From a virus (lineage: Duplodnaviria > Caudoviricetes), in the IMG/VR virus record IMGVR_UViG_3300031519_004846, positions 1 through 26,919 of that record: a stretch of DNA of 26,919 nucleotides; one strand, 5' to 3'. The notes beneath the pieces are model-generated. The model saw nothing but the letters and a program-made list of their open reading frames with translations, did no database searches and was not told where the DNA came from. This document shows, piece after piece, positions 9,601 to 17,894 of the stretch. The stretch's first letter is position 1. The number at the start of each line of letters is the position of its first letter. The translations under genes were made by a program, and so were the position numbers.

Positions 9601-10478
9601 AAGGTAATATTCTAGCTAGTGTTAATTCGCTAGACATTGGTTCGGCCACTACTAAATTTAATACAGTATATGCAACTTCATTTAAAGGAACTGCTGATAA
9701 TTCTGCATTATTAGACGGTGTAGGAGTAACTACTACAGGCGAAGCAAGTAAAATTATTAAAACAAATACTAGCGGTGGTATCCAAGTAGGATCGCATATT
9801 ACTACTAGTGCAGCAACCGGAACTATAAACATTGGTTCGGCCACTACTAAATTTAATACAGTATATGCAACTTCATTTAAAGGAACTGCTGATAATTCTG
9901 CATTATTAGACAATGTAGGAGTAACTACTACGGGCGAAGCAAGTAAAATTATTAAAACAAATACTAGCGGTGGTATCCAAGTAGGATCGCATATTACTAC
10001 TAGTGCAGCAACCGGAACTATAAACATTGGTTCATCTGGTACTAAATTTAATACAGTATATGCAACTACATTTGACGGTGTTGCTACTAGTGCAAAATAC
10101 GCCGACTTAGCAGAAAATTATGTTGCCGATGCAGGTTATGTTCCAGGCACTGTGCTAGTGTTTGGTGGTGAGCTTGAAGTTACAATGACAGACACTAAAG
10201 GAGATCCGCGTGTTGCAGGTGTAGTATCAACTAATCCAGCACACTTAATGAACTCGGAAGCACAGGGCGAGTTTGTAGTTCCAATTGCGTTACAAGGTCG
10301 TGTGCCAGTTAACGTAGTAGGCAGGGTACGCAAAGGTGACATGCTAGTTACTAGCGCTATACCTGGCTATGCAACTGTTAACAACACTCCAGGAATGGGG
10401 CAAGTAATAGGCAAAGCAGTAGGTTCAAAAAACGATGACACTAAAGGTATCGTTGAAGTTGTTGTAGGAAGAGTATAA
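3663..10478 (+). CDS. Very large virion structural protein (tail fibre/baseplate-attached; beta-helix-like region; C-terminal intramolecular chaperone/peptidase G2-like domain)
   Basis: N-terminal NIGVEGNDGTGDSIREAF (gp9/gp10-type anchor), IESGIYEEQFPIKIPANVSIKGDEFRR, G/T-rich fibre repeats, C-terminal YADLAENY...GRVPV...KGDMLVTS. Confidence 0.8.
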   Translation: MTRQVVNIGVEGNDGTGDSIREAFSKSNENFQELYAVFGQGGQIGFSSLSDTPNSLVDAGGDGNLVAISSSDGSSMLLKSLEGIGLIIDYTTDPNKIRIINQGAAVSNDIQPALGGDLDGIGLFSVARLAPVTDETATQFNNTHSLTGTSNAITTDDLVIDKAYADQNYANTGKPIPIRDEPSDATEYTLTISAVSGVDATVTAHGLNTGNNGEAYVFDGTSAEGLIDGDTYYIKVVDKNTLRLFASEINALAGNAALTLTTGTITNSKYDSNIPGYYLDDEALPRKHAVKRSGDKMTGNLYLNDHPGSFGGVDSGVEEDYQAATKFYVDNTSFASTTNIFVSTQGSDVQATTSYEKRGRSPSTAFRSVNKAAELAEELIATTRPTTGPYMQTITYNTIAPALITAKGLTNGSGYTNMFALLTDNRNFIIEEVVAYVNATFPDFVYDTTICARDVGLMVDSIKLDVESGSVTNFLTIQAGLRYFSSPSGRKAISTQLTETGSAIRHAKLVVNRILQNELHPVTVGNNRTQTVLANPANATARGAVLARFEKILDIIEGDQQGNPPGLESTGPLVEGSTYSIVVDNGGQGYLDQANPANLDLRAGKVIRGKESGALGRIVEIHNAASEDTAEMQLLEPVEFVVGEEIEFGNFIKDQQISIRIESGIYEEQFPIKIPANVSIKGDEFRRVILKPAAGTSTSKWANTYFYRDNTFDGLTLATTGVQDPITGGYYGNHYLTDATKEVNVSNFAKTNLGKYNQAALLVLKNKEFIVEEVIQFIQTTYPSLSYNETKCRRDTGFIVEGIVYDMINGGRQRSLANQGAYYAGAVSGQETETASAIQHISTLAVNILANASGSPYVALGVTPQVFDPKLTAEANALTSLDALVDLVAYAFNDGFNPPKENSEMDVFLLNDAGIVRNMSVQGHGGFMCTLDPEGQVLTKSPYIQTASSFSQSTNAQRFAGGMFVDAWVGNVPMSIYTNAGTTPFRLYVKTIGLGGLFRRKPQTPAPFYIDGIRYTVNAVTEYDQATGSAILILDPTSGEGTGFTEVIPAFTDPDPNDPTQRTGGFPIYVQTAGNRSMLANDFTQINDDGYGTVATNGALSELVSQFTYYCHTAYYANNGGQIRSLNGSNAYGEYGLVAAGADPNEIPDAVALVDNFVQAAGAYGNGGVQDNPKDQLYIYITGTSYTPHARGELEIDHGGSIGVTRYEVATVENITTGDPLIAGSLAGRDTTVWKINFSTSGQDGKSDTGLKAIVANGTPITLRCNQNFRFDGVREVQPIRPSTAVAFNEYAGIVYRSIEFGAFDGSGVALLESDETVVTIDQTYDYLRLAVKQTEVATANADGNAGTQGATAGDTLIAIELITSPDDIGRLNNNLLTDISLRTVLVAGQSLQPAHILGWAGQVYEVYEYVDRGDYATVKIQRYADQATAQTGATGLGTSLQFSTYDITLRAGLQGKVVTTAADVTTGTITFKISTCRATGHDFLDIGTGSYNDSNYPNVVLGEPVIQGTQDREVQERTEGRVFYVSTDQDGFFRVGRFFTVDQGTGRVTFSASIALSNLDGIGFKRGVAITAFLTDTSMVDNATDVAPTQSAVVGYVNRRLGFTVAGAAVPNPLSPFGGFLKLNGGQMSGPINMFDNHIINVPDITPDYNDNTVAVNKAYVDANLEAYNQLTELRDIDIFEPSAGDILMATGLFRVIVDNTINGDWENNIGAALTTSSGSTGTLVDALDTLIRGDAVTVLTYELTSVTQFPPTDTVSYSGGVNAQILSPGGVPVDEFANLALVDGDISIAISRNGPGVKSTATLSIRDAVITNDNIAADAAIEQSKLDMNIAVANSTAPTGTVAVIQAASGLTSFDSTQFNVTTGWASIKDAGVAHTKLANVTTGTVLGRLTGTNGPVEQVTFSDIVDGGLDVTTTGEASKIVKTTAGGKIVAGTDGFEGTKLILDGVTALDFSGTAHRLFSKGGNELISLDGTAITAKGNILASVNSLDIGSATTKFNTVYATSFKGTADNSALLDGVGVTTTGEASKIIKTNTSGGIQVGSHITTSAATGTINIGSATTKFNTVYATSFKGTADNSALLDNVGVTTTGEASKIIKTNTSGGIQVGSHITTSAATGTINIGSSGTKFNTVYATTFDGVATSAKYADLAENYVADAGYVPGTVLVFGGELEVTMTDTKGDPRVAGVVSTNPAHLMNSEAQGEFVVPIALQGRVPVNVVGRVRKGDMLVTSAIPGYATVNNTPGMGQVIGKAVGSKNDDTKGIVEVVVGRV
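9634..10073 (+). repeat. In-frame 195-nt (65-aa) tandem duplication, two full copies plus a partial third
   Basis: Units start with ACATTGGTTC at 9634, 9829 and 10024; by eye, copies 1 and 2 differ at only 3 positions. Confidence 0.95.
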
Positions 10479-12067
10479 TGGAAAAAGAATACATTGTATC
10501 AATAAACAGGGGCGAGGATCTAGCACAGGTTGAAGCAGAACTTACTGCTTCAACAGGTGAAGGGCCAATACCGAACAGAAGTGTAGACATTGCAAATGCT
10601 AGACCTGCGTCAAAGCGTCAAACGCACTTTATGTTAACAGACGAAGAAGCAACAGCGCTTAGAGAAGATTCTAGAATATCTGGTGTAGACCAACCGCTTG
10701 AACAAGACAGTATGATTAGCATTGGGCATAGAGCAGTACAAACAGGCGACTTTACACAGACTACTAGTGATACGGGAACTTACATAAATTGGGGGTTGCG
10801 TAGATGCAACGAAGCAACTAATGTTTATGGAACAGGCAGCACAGTGTCCGGCGGTTATAATTATATACTAGACGGAACAGGTGTTGATATTGTTATACAA
10901 GACACCGGAATACAAGCAGATCATCCTGAATGGGAAGACGCTGATGGAAATACTAGATTTGTTCCCCTAGACTGGTATGCAGCAAGCGGTGTAAGCGGAG
11001 CACTGCCTGCGGGGTTTTACACAGACTATCACGGTCACGGTACTCATGTCGGAGGTACTAGTGCAGGCAAGACCTATGGCTGGGCAAAAAACGCTGCAAT
11101 TTATGCACAAAAATTAGCAGGTCTCGAAGGCACATTTGATCCTAATAATGGAATGAGTTTTGCAGACTGTGTTGATACATTAATAGGATGGCACAATGCT
11201 AAAACAAACGGCCGTCCTACTATTGTTAATATGAGCTGGGGATCTTCCTATCTGTTTACCGGAGTCACCAGTGTTAGCTATAGGGGAGCCGGCTACGGAT
11301 TTACAGACGAGTCATATTTTTATCAAATTTATGGTGTAGGTCCGTGGCGCGGTTCAGGCGGTAACTACGGTGGCGGATATGTTTATGTACCTGCTAGAGT
11401 AAACTCAGTTGATACAGGTATACAAGAACTTATAGATGCAGGTATACATGTATGTATTGCAGCAGGTAATGATTATAATAAAATTGATGTTGTAGGTGGA
11501 GTTGATTACAATAATTACGTATATGGTCGAATTACTTCAGGCGGCATTAATTACGATGCTCAGAGTGTCTATTATCATAGGGGTAGTAGTCCGTTTGACG
11601 ACGAAGCATTTTGTATAGGATCAGTGGACAGTACCGATCAAGGCGGTCTAGATCGTAAAAGTGCATTTAGCTCCCATGGCCCTGGTGTAAACATTTATGC
11701 ACCTGGATCGAATATTATGAGTTCATCTAGTCAAGTAAATCAAATTGGTGGATCTACTTATTACGCTAACAGCAGTTATAAACAAACTAATATCAGCGGA
11801 ACTTCAATGTCATGTCCACAAGTAACTGGCCTAGGTGCATTATATTTACAGCTGAATAAAAACTGGACGCCGGCACAGTTAAAAGCAACATTAGAAGTAG
11901 ATTCAAAAGGTGTACTTTACGATAATCCAAGTGCACCTTATGATGTAACTAATGCATTGCAAGGCGGACCAAATAGAATGATGTATAATAAATTTGGGGT
12001 AGCACAGGACGGCAGATCTAAAAATGGAATGATTGTGCGCAATGCAGCAGTTAACCTTAGAAAATAA
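10478..12067 (+). CDS. Subtilisin-like S8 serine protease with N-terminal propeptide
   Basis: Catalytic motifs IQDTG (Asp), HGTHVGG (His), AAGN (oxyanion Asn) and GTSMSCP (Ser). Confidence 0.92.
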   Translation: MEKEYIVSINRGEDLAQVEAELTASTGEGPIPNRSVDIANARPASKRQTHFMLTDEEATALREDSRISGVDQPLEQDSMISIGHRAVQTGDFTQTTSDTGTYINWGLRRCNEATNVYGTGSTVSGGYNYILDGTGVDIVIQDTGIQADHPEWEDADGNTRFVPLDWYAASGVSGALPAGFYTDYHGHGTHVGGTSAGKTYGWAKNAAIYAQKLAGLEGTFDPNNGMSFADCVDTLIGWHNAKTNGRPTIVNMSWGSSYLFTGVTSVSYRGAGYGFTDESYFYQIYGVGPWRGSGGNYGGGYVYVPARVNSVDTGIQELIDAGIHVCIAAGNDYNKIDVVGGVDYNNYVYGRITSGGINYDAQSVYYHRGSSPFDDEAFCIGSVDSTDQGGLDRKSAFSSHGPGVNIYAPGSNIMSSSSQVNQIGGSTYYANSSYKQTNISGTSMSCPQVTGLGALYLQLNKNWTPAQLKATLEVDSKGVLYDNPSAPYDVTNALQGGPNRMMYNKFGVAQDGRSKNGMIVRNAAVNLRK

Positions 12068-12070
12068 ATA
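12063..12070 (+). promoter_or_regulatory. Late-type promoter box
   Basis: AATAAATA overlapping the protease stop, 21 nt before the next ATG. Confidence 0.45.
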
Positions 12071-12091
12071 CATAAACAGGGCAGGATAATA

Positions 12092-13201
12092 ATGGCGAAC
12101 AGATTTCCTTTAATACTAAATGGTACACAAATACAAGAAATTGCTAACGGCGATGGCTTAGACCTAACAGGTAACAGCATTTTAAATGCCACTGGCATAG
12201 CAACAGCAAATTTAACAATAAACGGGCAAAATTTTAATAGTTACTTACCAACTGCACTAAGCGATCTTACAAATGATATTGGATTGTCAGTTAGTTACGA
12301 CTGGCCCGATATTACCAACACTCCTACTACACTTGCAGGTTACGGAATTACAGATGCGTTTAGCGGAAATTACGGAGATCTATTAAGCACACCAACAAAT
12401 ATAAGTGATTTTGTTAACGATACAGGGTTTATTACACTTGCAGAGATAGTAGGCGGGATTGATGTTAACCCTACTGGCGATCTAGTAGGAAGTGTATTTG
12501 CAGATGACAGTACACTACTTGTGGACGGTATTAATGGTACGTTACCTTACCCTGCTAACGTCGGAGTAGAATGGGACGGCATTGCTCCTACAGATGTTGT
12601 TAGCGCATTAGATAGACTAGCATTATATACACAAGTCTTTACGCCAAGTAATGCAGGAGACTGGACAGGTGCGCTTCCTGGAGATATCACTGACGCAATT
12701 GACAGATTAGCTGCTAGGGTCACACTTGCTACAACAAGCGACCTTGTTACAATTGGTAAGGTTGGTGGACAAGTTGATATTTATGGTGCAGTAGAGTTTA
12801 CTACAGGTACTACAGTAGATTTTACAAACGCAACAGTTAACGGTTTAGAGCCAGGGGGACTTGTTGATATTGTGAGTGATCAGACTCCGCAATTAGGCGG
12901 AGAGCTTGATATGAACAGCCAAGATATTACTGGTACTGGTAATATTAACATAACTGGTACTGTTACGGCAACTGATTTTGTTAGTTCTGGTGCAGGAACT
13001 CCTACATTAGAAAGTGCTACAGATATTAATCTAGATGCAGGTAATGCTATTAATTTACAAATAGGTAGCGTAACTAAACTATCTGTTAATTCAAGTGGTG
13101 CAAGTATTCCGGGATACATTAGTGTAGCAGCATTACAGACAGCATTGCAAGATGGCGCAGGTGACTATGCTGCATTTAAAGCATACATATTAGGATTATA
13201 A
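12092..13201 (+). CDS. Tail-fibre-like structural protein
   Basis: MANRFPL start, PTTLAGYGITDA fibre motif, GSVFADDST, DQTPQLGGELD, duplicated W-x-G-x-x-P...A(L/I)DRLA unit. Confidence 0.7.
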   Translation: MANRFPLILNGTQIQEIANGDGLDLTGNSILNATGIATANLTINGQNFNSYLPTALSDLTNDIGLSVSYDWPDITNTPTTLAGYGITDAFSGNYGDLLSTPTNISDFVNDTGFITLAEIVGGIDVNPTGDLVGSVFADDSTLLVDGINGTLPYPANVGVEWDGIAPTDVVSALDRLALYTQVFTPSNAGDWTGALPGDITDAIDRLAARVTLATTSDLVTIGKVGGQVDIYGAVEFTTGTTVDFTNATVNGLEPGGLVDIVSDQTPQLGGELDMNSQDITGTGNINITGTVTATDFVSSGAGTPTLESATDINLDAGNAINLQIGSVTKLSVNSSGASIPGYISVAALQTALQDGAGDYAAFKAYILGL

Positions 13202-13213
13202 ACGGAGAATAAA

Positions 13214-13960
13214 ATGGCAGTAAATTTAATTAACATAGGTAATTTTGCAAACGACGGTACTGGCGACGATCTCCGTGAAGCATTTGTTAAAGTGAATCAA
13301 AATTTTGAAGATTTAGATTTACGAGACGACGAACAAACAACTGCAAGCAATCTTACAAACTTTTTAGGAAATAGCGCAGGCGTATTTAAAGAACGAGTAG
13401 GTTACGATTTACAGTTTAAAAGTTTAACACCGCATCCAGACAATAGGATTATAATTGAAGACGTTGGCAATGATATAAAACTTAATGCAGTAGGTGGCGA
13501 ATGGAGATTTGTTACAAACGAAGGAACATATCTAATAGATAATAGTATAAGTAGCCAAATTATACATTTAAAAGGTGTTGTGTATCCGTCGGGTATTGCT
13601 GCAAATACTGAACAAGTACACATTTCTTATGAAGATGGAGAAATACATTTTAGAATTAATCCTAGACTAAAAGCAGACCCTGCTCCGGTACTGGCAAATC
13701 AATTAGATGCTAATTTTCAGAACATTATTAATGGCGGGGATGTAACTGCATCAAAATTTAACGGTCCGTTGGATGGGTTAGTATATGGAGTAGATGTACG
13801 AGATCTTGCAGTTTTAACAGAGCCATTAAACTTTGACTTTGGCGCTACTACTGGTGAAGCAACAAGATTTATTGATTGGTTGTTAAGTCAAGATATTGAT
13901 CAAGGAACAGTTATATCACCGTCTTCCAATAGTGTTGACTTTGGTGCAATAATAGCATAA
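13214..13960 (+). CDS. Baseplate wedge/fibre-connector-like protein (T4 gp9/gp10 N-terminal motif)
   Basis: INIGNFANDGTGDDLREAFVKVNQNF; SD GGAG. Confidence 0.7.
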   Translation: MAVNLINIGNFANDGTGDDLREAFVKVNQNFEDLDLRDDEQTTASNLTNFLGNSAGVFKERVGYDLQFKSLTPHPDNRIIIEDVGNDIKLNAVGGEWRFVTNEGTYLIDNSISSQIIHLKGVVYPSGIAANTEQVHISYEDGEIHFRINPRLKADPAPVLANQLDANFQNIINGGDVTASKFNGPLDGLVYGVDVRDLAVLTEPLNFDFGATTGEATRFIDWLLSQDIDQGTVISPSSNSVDFGAIIA

Positions 13961-13971
13961 TAGGATTTTAA

Positions 13972-16476
13972 ATGTATTGGACACAACCGACAGGTACAAC
14001 ACTAGGAACATTTCAAGAAAGCACTACGCTTGATCTGTCTCTGCCAGTATCAGCTGTAGATTCTATTGTAAAGGTAAGTGGACAACTTCCGCCTGGACTG
14101 CGTGTAGAAAATGCAAAGATTGTAGGCACAGCATACGAAGTACCAAGAGCAACTGATTTTACATTTTGTTTAAGAGCCACTGCTGGGCAACAATTTGAAG
14201 ATAGTTCTTATACACTAACAATTGAAGGCGCTGATGATCCAGTTTGGGTAACCGCTGAAGGATTGCTTCCTATCGGAGTAGAGAATCAATATTTTATTTT
14301 AGATAGTCAGCCTGTAGATTTTCACCTTAGTGTCATTGACCCTGATATTGTTACAGGTGAAAAATTATCATATTGGATTGCAAGCGGAGATGGTGTATTA
14401 CCTCCAGGTATTAGACTGCTTCCAGAAGGGCAGTTGGTAGGAGTAGTTGAGCCATTATTAGCACTAGACAAGGATGCAGGAACAGGTGGCTACGATGTAC
14501 AACCATATGGCGGCTATCCTTTTGATTTTAGCATAAAAAGCCATAACGGTTACTCAAGTTTTTATTACGATGTAGAATTTTATGATTTTAGTATTCCTAC
14601 TAGAGTTCCTAGAAAACTAAATCGATACTATGAATTTATAGTAAGTGTTAGCGACGGTGATGCTGTTGTAAAAAGAAAATTTAAAATATATCTAGTCGGT
14701 GACGATTATTTACGTGCAGACAATACAATTATGCAGGTTGGTTCAGGGATATTTACAGCAGATAATACATATGTAAGAACTCCAATTTGGTTAACTCCTG
14801 CAGACTTAGGGTATCGTAGAGCAAACAACTATATCACATTGTTTTTTGAAACACTAGATCCGTTGTATGTTGCAGGAAATATTGGCTATATCTTATTAGA
14901 TAAAAATCCGGACCAATCAAATAGTTTGTTACCACCTGGATTAACACTTGATAGTGTAGATGGCGAAGTAGCAGGTCGTGTTCCTTTTCAACCAGCAGTA
15001 ACAAAAGAATATAAGTTTACATTACGTGCTGTAAGACAAGGTACAGACGAAGAAGCATACAAAGACAAGACATTTACTATTCGCTTGCTAGGAGAAATTG
15101 AAAGTGTAATTTCTTGGGTAAGTAATAACAACTTAGGAACTATAGACGCAAATACAGTCAGTTATTTAAAAGTAGAAGCAAATACCACATTGCCAGGAAA
15201 TAATGTTTATTTTAGAGTTATCGATGGCATTCTTCCTCCGGGGCTATCTTTAGATCCAAGAGGCGAAATTATAGGCAGAGTTAATCAATTTGCAAATGCT
15301 ACTACTCTTGGATTAATTACCTTTGACGGCAATAATACAAAGTTTGATGTAGGCGAAACTACATTTGATAAAAAATATATATTTACTGTAGAAGCAAGAG
15401 ATAAACTAGGGTATAGTACTGTAACAAAAACATTCACACTTACAGTATTTGATCCTAATGATAAAATATATAGCAACTTGTATCTTAAGCCGATGCTTAA
15501 AACTACAGAAAGAACACTGTTTAGTACATTTATTAATAACGGCGATGTATTTGATGTTAAAAAGATTTACCGTCCTGGAGATTCAAACTTTGGAGTGCAG
15601 CGTGATCTTAAGGTGTTGTTATATGCAGGCATCGAAACTAAAAAATTAGAGCAATATGTAGCAGCAGCAGGCCAAAACCATAAAAGAAAAAAATATTTCT
15701 TTGGAGAAGTAGATAGTGCTATAGGAAAAATACCAGGCACTAACAATGAACTATACGAAGTAGTATATGTTAACGTAGTTGACCCAGACGATAATATTAA
15801 TTACGAAACAAGAGAGAGCTTTAGCACATCTATAGTCAAGGCAATTACTGCCGACCAAGTAGAATATGCATCTGTTGACGACACTAGTACACAGGGAGAA
15901 GGTGATCCTGTAATTAATATAAATGTAAGATCTGGCGGCATTAGACAAGTGGATCTTACTAATATAGGTGTCGAAGTTGACATAAGAGGAAACAGCAGAG
16001 TTGTAGACGAAGTAGTTAATAATATATTAACAGTCGAAGGACGCAGCGGCAATGTAGATGTACCTGTTATTAATACTGACAGTGCTCCGTTTAGATTTAG
16101 ACCTGACGGTAACACAATTAAAACAGATAGCAATATGTTAAAAGTTAGTGATGTAACTAAACAAGAAAAATACATTAGTAATATTACAAATATGCGTAAA
16201 CGCTTAAGAACTATAGGCGATACTGACAACAACTTTTTACCAGTCTGGATGAGAACTTCTCAACCCGGTACTATAGCATACAAAGGATACACACCTTGTA
16301 TAGTGCTATGTTACTGCAAGGTTGGAGAAGCAGAAAATATAAAAGCAGCTATCCGTAATAGCAATTTTAACTTTAAAGATATACAACTAGATATAGATAG
16401 ATATCTAATAGATAATACTTTAGACAACACTAGTGAACAGTACGTTCTTTTCACTACTAACAGATCAAATGTGTAA
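13972..16476 (+). CDS. Virion structural protein with putative Ig-like repeats
   Basis: Four LPPG(L/I)xL...G units followed by beta-rich F-T-V/L strands; sits in the structural cluster. Confidence 0.7.
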   Translation: MYWTQPTGTTLGTFQESTTLDLSLPVSAVDSIVKVSGQLPPGLRVENAKIVGTAYEVPRATDFTFCLRATAGQQFEDSSYTLTIEGADDPVWVTAEGLLPIGVENQYFILDSQPVDFHLSVIDPDIVTGEKLSYWIASGDGVLPPGIRLLPEGQLVGVVEPLLALDKDAGTGGYDVQPYGGYPFDFSIKSHNGYSSFYYDVEFYDFSIPTRVPRKLNRYYEFIVSVSDGDAVVKRKFKIYLVGDDYLRADNTIMQVGSGIFTADNTYVRTPIWLTPADLGYRRANNYITLFFETLDPLYVAGNIGYILLDKNPDQSNSLLPPGLTLDSVDGEVAGRVPFQPAVTKEYKFTLRAVRQGTDEEAYKDKTFTIRLLGEIESVISWVSNNNLGTIDANTVSYLKVEANTTLPGNNVYFRVIDGILPPGLSLDPRGEIIGRVNQFANATTLGLITFDGNNTKFDVGETTFDKKYIFTVEARDKLGYSTVTKTFTLTVFDPNDKIYSNLYLKPMLKTTERTLFSTFINNGDVFDVKKIYRPGDSNFGVQRDLKVLLYAGIETKKLEQYVAAAGQNHKRKKYFFGEVDSAIGKIPGTNNELYEVVYVNVVDPDDNINYETRESFSTSIVKAITADQVEYASVDDTSTQGEGDPVININVRSGGIRQVDLTNIGVEVDIRGNSRVVDEVVNNILTVEGRSGNVDVPVINTDSAPFRFRPDGNTIKTDSNMLKVSDVTKQEKYISNITNMRKRLRTIGDTDNNFLPVWMRTSQPGTIAYKGYTPCIVLCYCKVGEAENIKAAIRNSNFNFKDIQLDIDRYLIDNTLDNTSEQYVLFTTNRSNV

Positions 16477-16484
16477 GATAAATA
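16477..16484 (+). promoter_or_regulatory. Late-type promoter box
   Basis: GATAAATA immediately after the stop, followed by AAGGAG and a GTG start. Confidence 0.5.
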
Positions 16485-16503
16485 ATTCGTAAGGAGTTTT
16501 AAC

Positions 16504-17094
16504 GTGAGCGATACAACTAACATAACCCCAGGAAGCATCGATGTTGCATTTCCAGTTGCGGGGCAAGACAATGACAGTCAAGGTTTTAGACAAAATTTTA
16601 CTGCAATACAAACCAGTCTAACTGGTGCAGCAGGATATATTGCTACACTACAAGACGATACAGCAAAAACAAATATTGCTAATAACTTCCAAGGTAATAA
16701 TATACTTAATGCAAATTTAGTACAAATATCACACGAAGCACAAGTAGGCACTGTTCCTAATACTACTTCAACTAAGACTTTAGACTTTGAAGAGGCAGCA
16801 CACTATAATCTTACATTCGTAATTAATACTACTGTACAGATTAGAAATTTAGCAGGCACAAGTAGCAATACAAAGGCTTCTAAGGTAACTGTTGTTGTAA
16901 GAAAAGATACAACTGCTAGTACAGATCCTGTATTAACATGGGATATAGGCGCAGGCAAAACTCTACTAAATGACGGCAATGCACTATGGTCTAATTTTAC
17001 GCTAGATAATATTGCAGAACATGTTATGGTAGAATTTATTTCGTTTGATAACACAAATGTATACGGCAAAGTTATAGGCGTATTTACAGCATAA
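16504..17094 (+). CDS. Putative virion structural protein
   Basis: GTG start with strong SD; FPVAGQDNDSQGFRQNF N-terminus; T/N-rich beta C-terminal domain. Confidence 0.65.
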   Translation: MSDTTNITPGSIDVAFPVAGQDNDSQGFRQNFTAIQTSLTGAAGYIATLQDDTAKTNIANNFQGNNILNANLVQISHEAQVGTVPNTTSTKTLDFEEAAHYNLTFVINTTVQIRNLAGTSSNTKASKVTVVVRKDTTASTDPVLTWDIGAGKTLLNDGNALWSNFTLDNIAEHVMVEFISFDNTNVYGKVIGVFTA

Positions 17095-17327
17095 TGTTTA
17101 GCCCATTCCAAAAAGATCTTGCTGACTGTTCGATAAATGAACTAGAAAATAAAGTTATAGAGCTTTCTAGAAAATATCATATGTCTATGAATGCCCAAGT
17201 GCAGGATCAAATAGCTACATTCTTAGACATATACAAAGTTGAGCTACATACTAGAATAGCGCAGCAAGCATTAAAAAATCAAAATAACGGCAATAAAGAT
17301 CTTGACAATTTAATCAAAGTAAGTTAA
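17094..17327 (+). CDS. Hypothetical helical protein
   Basis: TAATG stop/start coupling with the upstream gene. Confidence 0.7.
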   Translation: MFSPFQKDLADCSINELENKVIELSRKYHMSMNAQVQDQIATFLDIYKVELHTRIAQQALKNQNNGNKDLDNLIKVS

Positions 17328-17330
17328 ACT
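17302..17330 (+). promoter_or_regulatory. Sigma70 promoter, probably giving a leaderless transcript of the DnaE fragment
   Basis: TTGACA (17302-17307), 17 nt, TAAACT (17325-17330), ATG at 17337; no SD. Confidence 0.65.
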
Positions 17331-17336
17331 AAGTGT

Positions 17337-17867
17337 ATGCTTATGAAAACTGATGCCTTAGGTATTCCGCGATTTACAAATAAAGACCTTGTTGGTATGA
17401 TCTATAGTGGTCATGTTGACAAGTGTCACGTAGTATTGTGCGATCCAAGTGACGACATTGAAAAGTTTAACGCAGCAATGCGTGAACAATACCTACCTGA
17501 ACTTACAAAGTACATTCCCCTAGATGTAGATCAAAAGACCTTTGACGGTGCGTTACAGTCAGAATGGTTTATGCCTGATGAATATAAGAATATAAATGTA
17601 TACGAGTATGTATTAGGCAAAGCACATATACCTTGCGAGCAACCTGTGCAAGATCGTATATGGGAAGAACTTAGAGAATATGAAGCACGTGGTATGTTTC
17701 CGTTATTACAGTATATGATCTATCTTGTAGATTTTATGCGAGAGAACAATATTGTTTGGGGCGTAGGCAGAGGTAGTAGTGTAGCAAGTTATGTGCTATA
17801 CTTAATAGGTGTACATAGAATTGATTCAATCCAATATGACCTGGATTGGAGAGAGTTCCTGAGATAA
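17337..17867 (+). CDS. dnaE: Stand-alone fragment of DNA polymerase III alpha (C-family)
   Basis: RIWEEL...YLVDFMRENNIVWGVGRGSSVASYVLYLIGVHRIDSIQYDLDWREFL matches DnaE GPGRGSxAGSLVAY...IT.LDP...LLFERFL. Confidence 0.8.
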   Translation: MLMKTDALGIPRFTNKDLVGMIYSGHVDKCHVVLCDPSDDIEKFNAAMREQYLPELTKYIPLDVDQKTFDGALQSEWFMPDEYKNINVYEYVLGKAHIPCEQPVQDRIWEELREYEARGMFPLLQYMIYLVDFMRENNIVWGVGRGSSVASYVLYLIGVHRIDSIQYDLDWREFLR

Positions 17868-17894
17868 GTACTAGTATAATTATAGGAGGCTAAA

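Noticed and set aside
9290-10027. 245-aa minus-strand ORF
   Set aside because: Antisense shadow of the repeated, codon-biased fibre gene; no SD and no independent motifs.
9634-10073. Near-identical repeats in a fibre gene as a DGR template/variable repeat pair or CRISPR array
   Set aside because: The copies are directly tandem and in frame with no spacers. The few differences are A/G changes but go in both directions, and no reverse transcriptase or cas gene is in the window.
17865-17894. Stop readthrough or frameshift joining the DnaE fragment to the next ORF
   Set aside because: Further stops follow in this AT-rich gap, no slippery site is evident, and the next ORF has its own strong SD and no PDxDxD motif.
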